Positions 17,518-32,000 of a stretch of 32,000 bases of DNA are shown in pieces. Made by a program: the position numbers and the translations under genes. Within the stretch, counting starts at the first letter, position 1; the number at the start of each line of letters is the position of its first letter. This DNA is from Methylorubrum extorquens (lineage in GTDB: Bacteria > Pseudomonadota > Alphaproteobacteria > Rhizobiales > Beijerinckiaceae): NCBI GenBank assembly GCA_900234795.1, contig LT962688.1, positions 300,001-332,000 on the forward strand, in the 5' to 3' direction. The notes under the pieces were generated by a model. The model saw nothing but the letters and a program-made list of their open reading frames with translations, had not been told where the DNA came from and made no database searches.

Positions 17518-18978
17518 CTAAGAGGTCAACTCAGGGTCGTTGCCGTCGAGATCACCGATGCCGTAGCGGCGCATCTTCGCGTAGAGACCCTGACGGCTCA
17601 GGCCGAGCATCTCCGCCGCAGAGGCGCGGTTGTCGCGTGTGATTCGCAAGGCCGCCTCGATGCACAGCTTCTCGATGAGGTCGGTCGTCTCGCGCACCAG
17701 GGCCTTCATGGAGACGCGCCCCACGAGCTCGGTCATCTGCTCGACCGAGCGGGGCAGGTCGTGCCCGCCGCCGGCGTGAACCGGGGCCGCCCGCCGCGGG
17801 GTCGCGCGGACGGTGAAGCCGAAACAGGGCTGATCAGCGTGAGAGGTGGAGACGGCGGCAACCTCCACCTCCTCCATCGAGCCGTACTGGCCGCGCATCG
17901 CCGTCGAGAAATGGCGCACCGAGCCGTGATCGCGCAGCATCGCGAACAGCGCGAGCGCGTCCGTTTCCCCGCGGCCGAGCCAAGTGTCGAGGGTCCGGCC
18001 GCGGACCTGCTCCTCGGTGGCGTGCTGGGTGAGATCGAGGAAGGCGGTGTTGGCGGTGAGGATCCGGCGCGCGGCGTCGGTGACGACGAAGCCCTCCGGC
18101 ATCCGCTGGATGATGTCGAGCGCGCCACGTCCGAACTCGACGCGCTCCGGCGCCGCCGGAACCAGTGTGGCGAGGCGCAACAGCACCGAGGTTGTGCCCT
18201 CGCCACGGAACAGGGAGGCGGAGACCCGGACGTCGCCCCGGCCGCCGGCCAGCGGCGCGACGAGATCCGTCGCCTGACCGGTGACGCGCAGGCCGGCAAA
18301 CAAGCTCTGCAGGTCCCGCAGGCTGCCCGCGTCGAACAGGTCCGCCGCATCCTGGCCGATCACGCGTTTCTGCGGCCGACCGAGCAACCGCATCGCCGCC
18401 GGGTTGATCTCCGTCACACGCCGTGTGCCGGCATCGACCACCAGAACCGGCTCACCGGAGAGCTGGAACAGCAGCTTGTAGCGGGTCTCGGCGGTGCGCA
18501 GGCGGTCGTAATCCCGCTCGAGCGCCTGCTGCGTCTCCGCCAGACGGCGCTGAAGCGCAGCGATCGTCCGCAGATCCTGCCCGACCACGATGATCGGCCC
18601 ATCCTTCTGCGGACGGAGCGTGGCGTAGCGAATCGGCAGGTCCGTACCGCTGGGAGAGGGATGGTTGACCTGCCGCCAGCGGGTCATCGTACCGGGCGCC
18701 GCATCGCGCAGCAGCGCATCGATCTTCGGCCGGCTCTCGACGGTGACCGTGTCGATCCAGGGCTTTCCGAGCCAGGATTCGATGCCCTGCCCCTCAAGAT
18801 CGGCCCGGCCGGCCATGGTATCGCGGATGATACCGTGATGATCGACCACCAGGGAGAGATCGGAGGTGGCAGCAATCAGCAGCCCGGCCGCCTCGCCATC
18901 GAGGAGACCGGCTGCCTGTTGCAGCGCCGGGGTGGGGCGCCGAGGAGAAGGGCTCGCCAAGCTGCTCAAGGTCAACAC
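17518..18978 (-). CDS. ppsR: photosynthesis gene repressor PpsR/CrtJ (PAS domains plus Fis-type HTH)
   Basis: 486 aa with repeated PAS-like segments and the C-terminal HTH IEAALRITRDNRASAAEMLGLSRQGLYAKMRRYGI. Its position next to ppaA and bchF fits. The GTG start at 18978 lacks a clear SD, so the true start may lie further downstream. Confidence 0.9.
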   Translation of the reverse strand: MLTLSSLASPSPRRPTPALQQAAGLLDGEAAGLLIAATSDLSLVVDHHGIIRDTMAGRADLEGQGIESWLGKPWIDTVTVESRPKIDALLRDAAPGTMTRWRQVNHPSPSGTDLPIRYATLRPQKDGPIIVVGQDLRTIAALQRRLAETQQALERDYDRLRTAETRYKLLFQLSGEPVLVVDAGTRRVTEINPAAMRLLGRPQKRVIGQDAADLFDAGSLRDLQSLFAGLRVTGQATDLVAPLAGGRGDVRVSASLFRGEGTTSVLLRLATLVPAAPERVEFGRGALDIIQRMPEGFVVTDAARRILTANTAFLDLTQHATEEQVRGRTLDTWLGRGETDALALFAMLRDHGSVRHFSTAMRGQYGSMEEVEVAAVSTSHADQPCFGFTVRATPRRAAPVHAGGGHDLPRSVEQMTELVGRVSMKALVRETTDLIEKLCIEAALRITRDNRASAAEMLGLSRQGLYAKMRRYGIGDLDGNDPELTS

Positions 18979-19005
18979 TTTGTGATGGCGCTGGAAGCGC
19001 CCTTA

Positions 19006-19893
19006 TCAACAGGCTCGCGTCCGCATTTCAAGCAAGCTTTCCGCAATGAGCGGTGCAAGACGCCCATCTTCCGCTGTGCCATCCGCGCCAACAAGGCGGA
19101 CGTGATCAGGATTCCGGGCGAAATAGGGGCCGCCGACCAAGACTTTGATCCGCGTGTTGCACGAAGCGGCGCGCAGCGCACGGACTCGATCCGTGAGGGC
19201 GGGCAGGAACACGTCGCAGGACAGCGTCAGCCCGAGGATGTCGAACCATTCCATGCGGACGAGGTCCAGCGCGTCGAGGCTCGACTGCGCGCCGGTGGTG
19301 GTCACGTCCCACCCTGATTCGCGAAAGATTGTCGCGACCAGCGATAGACAGAAAACATGCGTCTCGCCCGGACCGGGCAGCAGCAGGATGCTGCGCCCCG
19401 CAGGATCGACCGCATCGTTCTCGAACCGCGCACACAGGTCGCGCGTCGCGGCCTGGAGGCGCCCGAGGGCCACGGTTACGTCGACGAAATCGCAGGCATC
19501 CTCCTCCCAGAGCCACCCGAGATGCCGCGCCACCGGCGCCAGCAGATCGACCAGCATCCCTTCGAGGGTCAGCCCCTCGTCGAGGATGCGTAGGAGATGG
19601 GGCGCGAGATCCGTATCCGTGCGCGCGAGCAGCAGGTCGCTCAGGCGCTGGACTTCGTCCGGTGTCGGCCGGTGCCCAACGGAAGGGGGTCGCGGCGTCG
19701 CCCGATCGCGGTGAGCCAGCATCAGCCGGGGCAGAATCTCCGCCTCGACCACGCTGGCCAACTGTCGTCGCATCCCGTGTCCGTCGGGCTGCTGCTCGAA
19801 CGCCGAGGGGACAAGCGGCTCGGCCACGACACCGCATTCCGGTGACACAGCAGGAAACTCGAGACGCTCGCCGAAATGCCTCCAGTCGCCCAT
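19006..19893 (-). CDS. ppaA: cobalamin-binding PpsR antirepressor PpaA/AerR
   Basis: The internal ATG at 19893 has GGGAG upstream. 295 aa with a C-terminal B12-binding Rossmann-like domain, SILLLPGPGETHVFCLSLVATIFRESGWDV...WFDILGLTLSC...IKVLVGGPYF. It lies immediately upstream of ppsR and divergent from bchF. Confidence 0.8.
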   Translation of the reverse strand: MGDWRHFGERLEFPAVSPECGVVAEPLVPSAFEQQPDGHGMRRQLASVVEAEILPRLMLAHRDRATPRPPSVGHRPTPDEVQRLSDLLLARTDTDLAPHLLRILDEGLTLEGMLVDLLAPVARHLGWLWEEDACDFVDVTVALGRLQAATRDLCARFENDAVDPAGRSILLLPGPGETHVFCLSLVATIFRESGWDVTTTGAQSSLDALDLVRMEWFDILGLTLSCDVFLPALTDRVRALRAASCNTRIKVLVGGPYFARNPDHVRLVGADGTAEDGRLAPLIAESLLEMRTRAC

Positions 19894-19935
19894 GGGCGTC
19901 TCCCTGAGGATGCGGCTCGGTGGATGCAGCGTGCA

Positions 19936-19964
19936 ATTTAATGCGCTGATCGGCACCAGGGCAA
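19936..19964 (-). promoter_or_regulatory. candidate ppaA promoter (-35 TTGCCC, 17 nt, -10 TTAAAT)
   Basis: The minus strand has TTGCCC (19959-19964), a 17-nt spacer, then TTAAAT (19936-19941), in the only AT-rich patch upstream of ppaA. It sits about 40 nt upstream of the ATG. Hexamer match only. Confidence 0.25.
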
Positions 19965-20053
19965 CGGACGCGTGTATCCCAACGATACGCTTCCGCTCAC
20001 GATTGGCAATCCCCGGCCCCGCCGACCGCGACGGAAATGTAATCTTCAATGAC

Positions 20054-20095
20054 CGTCAACTTGAGTTGACACTTTTGGGCAGCCAGGCCTAGGTT
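20054..20095 (+). promoter_or_regulatory. bchF promoter with overlapping PpsR-like palindrome
   Basis: CGTCAACTTGAGTTGACA (20054-20071) contains a perfect inverted repeat GTCAAC-N4-GTTGAC, one mismatch from TGT-N12-ACA. Its 3' end is a perfect TTGACA (20066-20071). After an 18-nt spacer comes TAGGTT (20090-20095). The bchF ATG is at 20150, with GAGGG 8 nt upstream. Confidence 0.45.
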
Positions 20096-20149
20096 CAGGG
20101 CGTCGAGGCCTCCGAAGACGGGGCCGAAGGGCGAGCGAGGGCGGACGCC

Positions 20150-21918
<1,769 letters not shown>

Positions 21919-21923
21919 CGGCC

Positions 21924-23493
21924 ATGCAGCTCACCGTCTGGACCTATGAGGGACCGCCGCATATCGGCGCCATGCGAGTCGCCACCGCGATGGAGGGGCT
22001 GCACTACGTGCTGCACGCTCCCCAGGGCGACACCTATGCCGACCTGCTCTTCACGATGATCGAGCGGCGCGCCAAGCGCCCGCCGGTCACCTACACCACC
22101 TTTCAGGCCCAGGATCTCGGCCGCGACACCGCTGCGATCTTCAAGGACGCGGTCGCCGCAGCCTACGAACGCTTCCAGCCGCAGGCGATGATCGTCGGCG
22201 CCTCCTGCACGGCCGAGCTGATCCAGGACGATCCGGGCGGGCTGGCCAAGGCGCTCGCCTTGCCGATCCCGGTGATTCCACTGGAGCTGCCGGCCTACCA
22301 GAAGAAGGAGAACTGGGGCGCCTCCGAGACCTTCTACCGCCTGGTCCGCGCCCTGGCGGGATCGCCGGCCGAGCGTTCGCCCCGCGGGGGGCGGCGCCCC
22401 GTCTGCAACATCCTCGGCCCCACCGCCCTCGGCTTCCGCCACCGGGACGACCTGATCGAGGTCCGACGCCTCCTCGACGGCCTCGGGATCGCGGTGAACG
22501 TGGTCGCACCGCTCGGTGCGACGCCTGCCGATCTCGCCCGGCTCGGCGAGGCCGATTTCAACGTTGTGCTCTATGCCGAGGTGGCGCGCAGCGCCGCGCA
22601 GTACCTCGAGAAGACGTTCCGGCAGCCCTTCGTCGATGTGGTGCCGATCGGCGTCGGGGCGACGACCCGCTTCGTCGAAGCGGTGGCGGCCCTGGCCGGC
22701 GTCGATCCCGCTCCCGTCCTCGCCGACGCGCCCTCGCGCCTGCCCTGGTACAGCCGGTCGGTCGATTCGACCTATCTCACGGGCAAACGCGTCTTCGTGT
22801 TCGGAGACGCCACCCACGCGCTGGCTCTCGCCCGCGTCGCCGCGCATGAACTCGGCTTCAAGCTTGTCGGGCTCGGCACCTATACCCGCGAATTCGCCCG
22901 CGAAGTCCGGGCGGAAGCCGCGCTCCACGGGATCGAGGCGACGATCACCGACGACTACCTCGACGTCGAGGCGGCGATCCAGGCGGCGGCCCCCGAACTC
23001 GTGCTCGGCACGCAGATGGAGCGCCACATCGCCAAGCGGCTCGGCATCCCCTGCGCGGTGATCTCGGCGCCGATCCACGTCCAGGACTTTCCCGCCCGCC
23101 ACTCGCCGCAGATGGGGTTCGAGGGCGCCAACGTCCTGTTCGACACCCTCGTGCACCCCCTGATGATGGGGCTGGAGGAACATCTCCTCGGGATGTTCCG
23201 CGAAGATCCCGAATTCCACGATGGCGCCGCCCCGTCTCATCTCGGCCGCGGGCCGAGCGGGACGGCGGACGCCGTGGAACGGGCGCCGAAGACTCCCCCC
23301 CTCGCGTCGGCGCCCGTTCCACCCCCCATCCAGATCCAGGGTGCCGACGCGGTCCGCACCGCGCCGTGGGCGCCCGATGCCGAAAAGGAGCTGAAGAAGA
23401 TCCCGTTCTTCGTGCGCGGGAAGGCCCGCGCCAACACCGAGCGATTCGCCCGAGAGCGGCAGCTCCCGCTCATCACTCTCGAGACCCTTTACG

Positions 23494-23519
<26 letters not shown>
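21924..23519 (+). CDS. bchB: light-independent protochlorophyllide reductase subunit B
   Basis: The ATG at 21924 has GGAGG 10 nt upstream. The N-terminus [48 protein letters not shown] is typical of BchB/ChlB. 531 aa. The 945-aa track ORF is an upstream extension through bchN in another frame. Confidence 0.93.
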
Positions 23520-28101
<4,582 letters not shown>

Positions 28102-28102
<1 letters not shown>

Positions 28103-28833
28103 TGAGCACGCCCTACCTCACCCGCCGCTCCCAGTTGGAGACCTACTTCGATCGCACCGCGGTCGAGGCGTGGTCGCGCCTCACCTCCGATGCGCCGGTC
28201 TCGAAGATCCGCGCCACGGTGCGGGCCGGGCGTGACACCATGCGCGCCAACCTCCTCGGCTGGCTGCCGGTGCATCTGACCGGCCTGCGCCTGCTGGATG
28301 CCGGCTGCGGCACCGGGGCGCTCGCGGTCGAGGCCGCACGCCGAGGTGCGGCGGTGGTGGCGATCGATGTCTCGCCGACGCTGATCGGGCTCGCCCGCGA
28401 GCGGCTTCCCGTCATCGACGGCCCCGGCTCGGTGGAGTTCCAGGTCGGCGACATGCTCGATCCCTGGCTCGGCCGCTTCGACCATGTCGTCGCAATGGAT
28501 TCGCTGATCCATTATCAGGTGCCGGACATCGTCCGGGCGCTCGCCGAACTCTCGCTGCGCACCGATGGCAGCCTGCTCTTCACCGTCGCCCCGCGCACGG
28601 CGCTGCTGACCCTGATGCACGCGGCCGGCAAGCTGTTCCCGAAGGCCGACCGGGCGCCGGCCATCGTTCCGATCACGGAGAGCGGCCTGCGGCGGCGCAT
28701 CGCCGGGGAGCGGGCGCTGGCGCGTTTCGCCGTCGCGCGGACGCACCGGGTGAACAGCGGGTTCTACCTCTCGAATGCGATCGAGCTGCGCAAGACGGCG
28801 TCGCCCGCGATCGAGACCGGGGCCGTTCGATGA
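28102..28833 (+). CDS. bchM: Mg-protoporphyrin IX methyltransferase
   Basis: The ATG at 28102 overlaps the bchL TGA (TGATG). 243 aa with ETYFDRTAVEAWSRLTSDAPVSKIRATVRAGRDTMR and the SAM motif LLDAGCGTGALAVEAARRGA. Confidence 0.9.
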
Positions 28834-30275
28834 AATCCGGCCTCGCCATCACCCAGGCGCTGCTGCGCCTCGGCCCGGCGATCCTCCCGTTCGCCGACGC
28901 GGCGACGAAGGAGCTGCCGCTCGGGCGCCTGATGCGGCTCGCGCTGTTCCAGGTCACGGTCGGCATGGCCGCCGTGCTGCTGATCGGCACGCTCAACCGG
29001 GTGATGATCGTCGAGCTGTCGGTGCCGGCCTGGATCGTGGCGGTGATGCTGTCGCTGCCGCTCCTGTTCGCCCCCTTGCGGGCGCTGGTCGGCTTCCGCT
29101 CGGACACGCACCGCTCGGTGCTCGGCTGGCGGCGGGTGCCCTACATCTGGTTCGGCACGCTGCTGCAATTCGGCGGGCTGGCGATCATGCCGTTCGCCCT
29201 GCTGATCCTGTCGGGCGACACCACCGGTCCGCTCTGGGTCGGCCATGTCGCGGCCGCGCTCGCCTTCCTGCTCGTCGGCGCGGGGCTGCACACCACGCAG
29301 ACCGTCGGACTGGCGCTGGCCACCGATCTCGCCCCTGCGCATGCCCGCCCGAAGGTGGTGGCGCTCCTCTGCGCCATGCTGCTGGCCGGCATGATGGGCA
29401 GCGCCGTTCTGTTCGGGCTGGCGCTGGCGAATTTCTCCGCGGTCCGCCTGATCCAGGTGATCCAGGGCGCGGCGCTGGTCACGATCGTGCTCAACGGCGT
29501 CGCCCTGTGGAAGCAGGAGCCGCGCGATCCGCATCGCACCGAACGGGCGGCGCCGCGCCCGAGCTTCGCCCAATCCTGGCGCGGCTATGCCGGGGAGGGC
29601 ACCGCACGGCGGCGGCTAGCGGCGATCGCGCTCGGCACCGCGGCGTTCTCGATGCAGGACATCCTGCTCGAACCCTATGGCGGCCAGATCCTCGGCCTGA
29701 CGGTGGCGCAGACCACCGCGCTCACCGCGATGCTCGCGGCCGGCGGCGGGCTGGGGCTGATCGCAGCGGCGCGCTGGCTCAACCGCGGCGGCGACCCCTA
29801 CCGGGTCGCGGCGACGGGCGCGGTGATCGGCATCGCCGCCTTCTCGGCAGTGATCTTCGCTGCACCCCTTGCCTCGGCCCGGCTGTTCGCGGCGGGCGTC
29901 ACGCTGATCGGCATCGGCGGCGGCTTGTTCGCCCACGGCACGCTCACCGCCTCCATGGCCAAGGCCGGGCCCGAGGATACCGGCCTTGCGCTGGGCGCCT
30001 GGGGCGCGGCGCAGGCCACCGCCGCCGGGCTCGCCATCGCCGCCAGCGGCATCCTGCGCGATCTCGGCGCCGCCGTGGCGCAATCGGGCGCGCTCGGCGA
30101 GGGCATGAACGAGCCGGCCATCGGCTACCTCATCGTCTACCACGTCGAGATTGCGCTGCTGTTCGCCACGCTGGTCGCGCTCGGCCCGCTCGTGCGCGCG
30201 GACGCCGCCGGTTCCATCCGTCCGGACGAGCGGCGTTCCGGTCCGTTCGACCCCCTCGTCAATCGTCCCACCTGA
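28830..30275 (+). CDS. lhaA: PucC-family light-harvesting 1 assembly protein LhaA
   Basis: 481 aa, about 12 TM helices, with RLMRLALFQVTVGMAAVLLIGTLNRVMIVELSVPAW and VGFRSDTHRSVLGWRRVPYIW. It sits in the canonical slot between bchM and puhA. Its ATG overlaps the bchM stop (ATGA). Confidence 0.88.
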   Translation: MKSGLAITQALLRLGPAILPFADAATKELPLGRLMRLALFQVTVGMAAVLLIGTLNRVMIVELSVPAWIVAVMLSLPLLFAPLRALVGFRSDTHRSVLGWRRVPYIWFGTLLQFGGLAIMPFALLILSGDTTGPLWVGHVAAALAFLLVGAGLHTTQTVGLALATDLAPAHARPKVVALLCAMLLAGMMGSAVLFGLALANFSAVRLIQVIQGAALVTIVLNGVALWKQEPRDPHRTERAAPRPSFAQSWRGYAGEGTARRRLAAIALGTAAFSMQDILLEPYGGQILGLTVAQTTALTAMLAAGGGLGLIAAARWLNRGGDPYRVAATGAVIGIAAFSAVIFAAPLASARLFAAGVTLIGIGGGLFAHGTLTASMAKAGPEDTGLALGAWGAAQATAAGLAIAASGILRDLGAAVAQSGALGEGMNEPAIGYLIVYHVEIALLFATLVALGPLVRADAAGSIRPDERRSGPFDPLVNRPT

Positions 30276-30289
30276 TCGGGAGGCCTGCC

Positions 30290-31063
30290 ATGCCCAGAGG
30301 CGAGATCACCGGTTACATCGATGTCGCGCAGGTCACGCTCTATGCATTCTGGATCTTCTTCGCAGGCTTGGTCTTCTACCTGCGCCGGGAAGATCGCCGC
30401 GAGGGCTATCCGCTGGAGAACGAGGCGGCCGGCCGGCTGAAGAGCCCGGACCCGATTCTGATCCCGACGCCGAAGGCCTTCCACCTGTCGAGCGGCCACA
30501 CGATGTACGCGCCGCAGACCAACATCGCCTACGACACCCATGTGCCGAGTGCCCGCCGCGAGGTCTTCCCCGGCGCGCCCTACTTCCGCACGGACACGTC
30601 GCTGCAGGCCGGAGTCGGTCCCGGATCCTGGGTCCCGCGCCACGACGAGCACGACCGCACCTGGGACAACGAGTACCGCATCGCCCCCTTGCGCGTCGCC
30701 GATGCTTTCGTCGTCCACGAGGACGGACCGAACCCGATCGGCATGCCGGTCTTCGGCGCCGACCGGCAGGTCGCCGGCACCGTCGTCGATCTCTGGCTCG
30801 ATCGCGGCGAATCCTTCGTGCGCTACTACGAGGTCGAACTCAGTGCGGGCGGGCGCCGGGTGCTAATGCCGGTGACCTTCTGCACCACCGGCCGCTTCTC
30901 CCGCACGGTGAAGACCGAGGCGCTGCTGGCCGAGCAGTTCGCCGACATCCCCGGCACCAAGGATCCGGATTCCGTCACCTTGCGGGAGGAGGAGCGGATC
31001 ATGGCGTATTTCGGCGCCGGCACCCTCTACGCCTCGCCCGCCCGCCAAGAACCCATTCTCTGA
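30290..31063 (+). CDS. puhA: photosynthetic reaction centre H subunit
   Basis: The ATG at 30290 has GGGAGG upstream. 257 aa with the N-terminal TM helix ITGYIDVAQVTLYAFWIFFAGLVFYLRREDRREGYPLE and the PRC-barrel region VAGTVVDLWLDRGESFVRYYEVEL. The 762-aa track ORF is an upstream run-on through lhaA in another frame. Confidence 0.92.
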   Translation: MPRGEITGYIDVAQVTLYAFWIFFAGLVFYLRREDRREGYPLENEAAGRLKSPDPILIPTPKAFHLSSGHTMYAPQTNIAYDTHVPSARREVFPGAPYFRTDTSLQAGVGPGSWVPRHDEHDRTWDNEYRIAPLRVADAFVVHEDGPNPIGMPVFGADRQVAGTVVDLWLDRGESFVRYYEVELSAGGRRVLMPVTFCTTGRFSRTVKTEALLAEQFADIPGTKDPDSVTLREEERIMAYFGAGTLYASPARQEPIL

Positions 31064-31074
31064 GGGGCGATCCG

Positions 31075-31779
31075 ATGAGCGACTCCGACTTCCTGCCCGA
31101 GGGGACGTTGCGGGGCCTGCCCGGCCCGTTGCCGCCGGGCGAGCGCATCCTGTGGCGCGGCGCCCCGAGCCTCTCCGGCGTGTTGCTGCGCGCCCTCCAC
31201 GCCCGGCTCGTCTTGGTGTGGTTCGCCGGCACCGCCACGGTACTGGCGATTGGCGCCGCCGCGAGCGGAGGGCCGGCGCGGGCGCTCGCCGTCGCGGGCC
31301 CGACCCTGCTGATCGGCCTCGCGGCGCTCGGGCTGCTGAGCTTCCTCGCCTGGCTCGTCCACCGCACCACGGTCTACACGCTGACCGACCGGCGCATGGT
31401 GCTGCATGTCGGCATCGCCCTGCCGATCACCCTCAACCTGCCGCTCACCCGGATCGAGTCGGCGGACCTGCGGCTGTTTTCCGACGGCACCGGCGACATC
31501 CCCCTGCGCCTGCCGCCGGGTGAGCGGGTCGCCTACCTGCATCTCTGGCCGCATGCCCGGCCCTGGCGGGTGAGCCGGCCGGAGCCGATGCTGCGCTCGG
31601 TGCCTGAGGCCCGGAGCGTGGTGGCCCTGCTCGCCCCGGCGCTCGCGGCGCAGACCGAAGGTTCGGCCGGGGCGGCCGCCGAAGGTTTTGCGAAGGGTCC
31701 GACGCGCGCCGTGGAAGCCGCCGCGACCGGGCGTGCGAGCGCTGCTCCCGGCCGCCTCGCGACCGCCGCGGCCCGATAG
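31075..31779 (+). CDS. puhB: photosynthetic complex assembly protein PuhB
   Basis: The ATG at 31075 has GAGGGG upstream. 234 aa with LPPGERILWRGAPS...TVYTLTDRRMVLHVGIALPITLNLPLTRIESADLRLFSDGTGDIPL (bPH-like repeat) and two TM helices. It sits in the canonical slot after puhA. Confidence 0.8.
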   Translation: MSDSDFLPEGTLRGLPGPLPPGERILWRGAPSLSGVLLRALHARLVLVWFAGTATVLAIGAAASGGPARALAVAGPTLLIGLAALGLLSFLAWLVHRTTVYTLTDRRMVLHVGIALPITLNLPLTRIESADLRLFSDGTGDIPLRLPPGERVAYLHLWPHARPWRVSRPEPMLRSVPEARSVVALLAPALAAQTEGSAGAAAEGFAKGPTRAVEAAATGRASAAPGRLATAAAR

Positions 31780-31794
31780 CGGGGAGTGAGACCG

Positions 31795-32000
31795 ATGCCC
31801 GTCGAGCTGAACTTCCGCCGCCCGCCGCAGAAGCCGCGATCCCAGCGGCCGGCGCTTCTGGCCGTCGCGGCCCTGCTCGCGGTGGCGATTGTTGCCGTCG
31901 CCCTCGGTCGCGGTCAGGGGACCGAGCCGCAGATACCGTCCGCCCACCCGGTTCAAAAGCTCGCCTTCCACGCCGAGGACCAGCCGGACGGCGCCATCGA
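31795..32000 (+). CDS. puhC: photosynthetic complex assembly protein PuhC (5' part, truncated by the window end)
   Basis: The ATG at 31795 has GGAG upstream. My own translation is MPVELNFRRPPQKPRSQRPALLAVAALLAVAIVAVALGRGQGTEPQIPSAHPVQKLAFHAEDQPDGAI: a basic N-terminus, one TM helix, then an L-x-F-x-D-x-x-DG motif. The position after puhB fits. It is absent from the ORF track because the frame is still open at the window end. Confidence 0.65.
   Translation, partial: MPVELNFRRPPQKPRSQRPALLAVAALLAVAIVAVALGRGQGTEPQIPSAHPVQKLAFHAEDQPDGAI

Noticed and set aside
19974-19988. GTATC-N5-GATAC inverted repeat in the ppaA-bchF spacer, as a second regulator binding site.
   Set aside because: It has only 5-bp arms and matches none of the consensus sites I can name (PpsR TGT-N12-ACA, FNR TTGAT-N4-ATCAA). 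It is too short to separate from chance without comparative data.

Overview
This is a very GC-rich (about 70%) window that looks alphaproteobacterial, probably Rhizobiales or Methylobacterium-like; that taxonomic guess comes only from gene content and order. Positions 1-13.0 kb hold ordinary chromosomal genes: a small secreted protein, an HNH endonuclease, a large MscS/MscK-type mechanosensitive channel, a CAP-domain lipoprotein, a motA-motB stator pair, an NdvA/ChvA-like glucan ABC exporter, pgl-gnd, and a triheme cytochrome c. Positions 13.0-32.0 kb hold one arm of a classical proteobacterial photosynthesis gene cluster. On the minus strand it reads bchG, pucC-like, bchP, tspO and a small membrane ORF, followed by ppsR and ppaA/aerR. 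Diverging from these on the plus strand are bchF-N-B-H-L-M-lhaA-puhA-puhB-puhC, with puhC cut by the window end. Genes are tightly packed, and many start and stop codons overlap. I found no tRNA or rRNA genes, CRISPR arrays, IS elements or recognisable defence systems, and I do not see a convincing wholly novel system. The most notable observation is that bchH is split across three reading frames by two single-base insertions at homopolymer runs, while every other gene in the window is intact. The second is that the bchG and bchF promoter regions share one architecture: a PpsR-type palindrome ending in a perfect TTGACA -35 box, an 18-nt spacer, then TAGnTT. Many long ORFs in the six-frame track are antisense or off-frame artefacts of the high GC content and were rejected.
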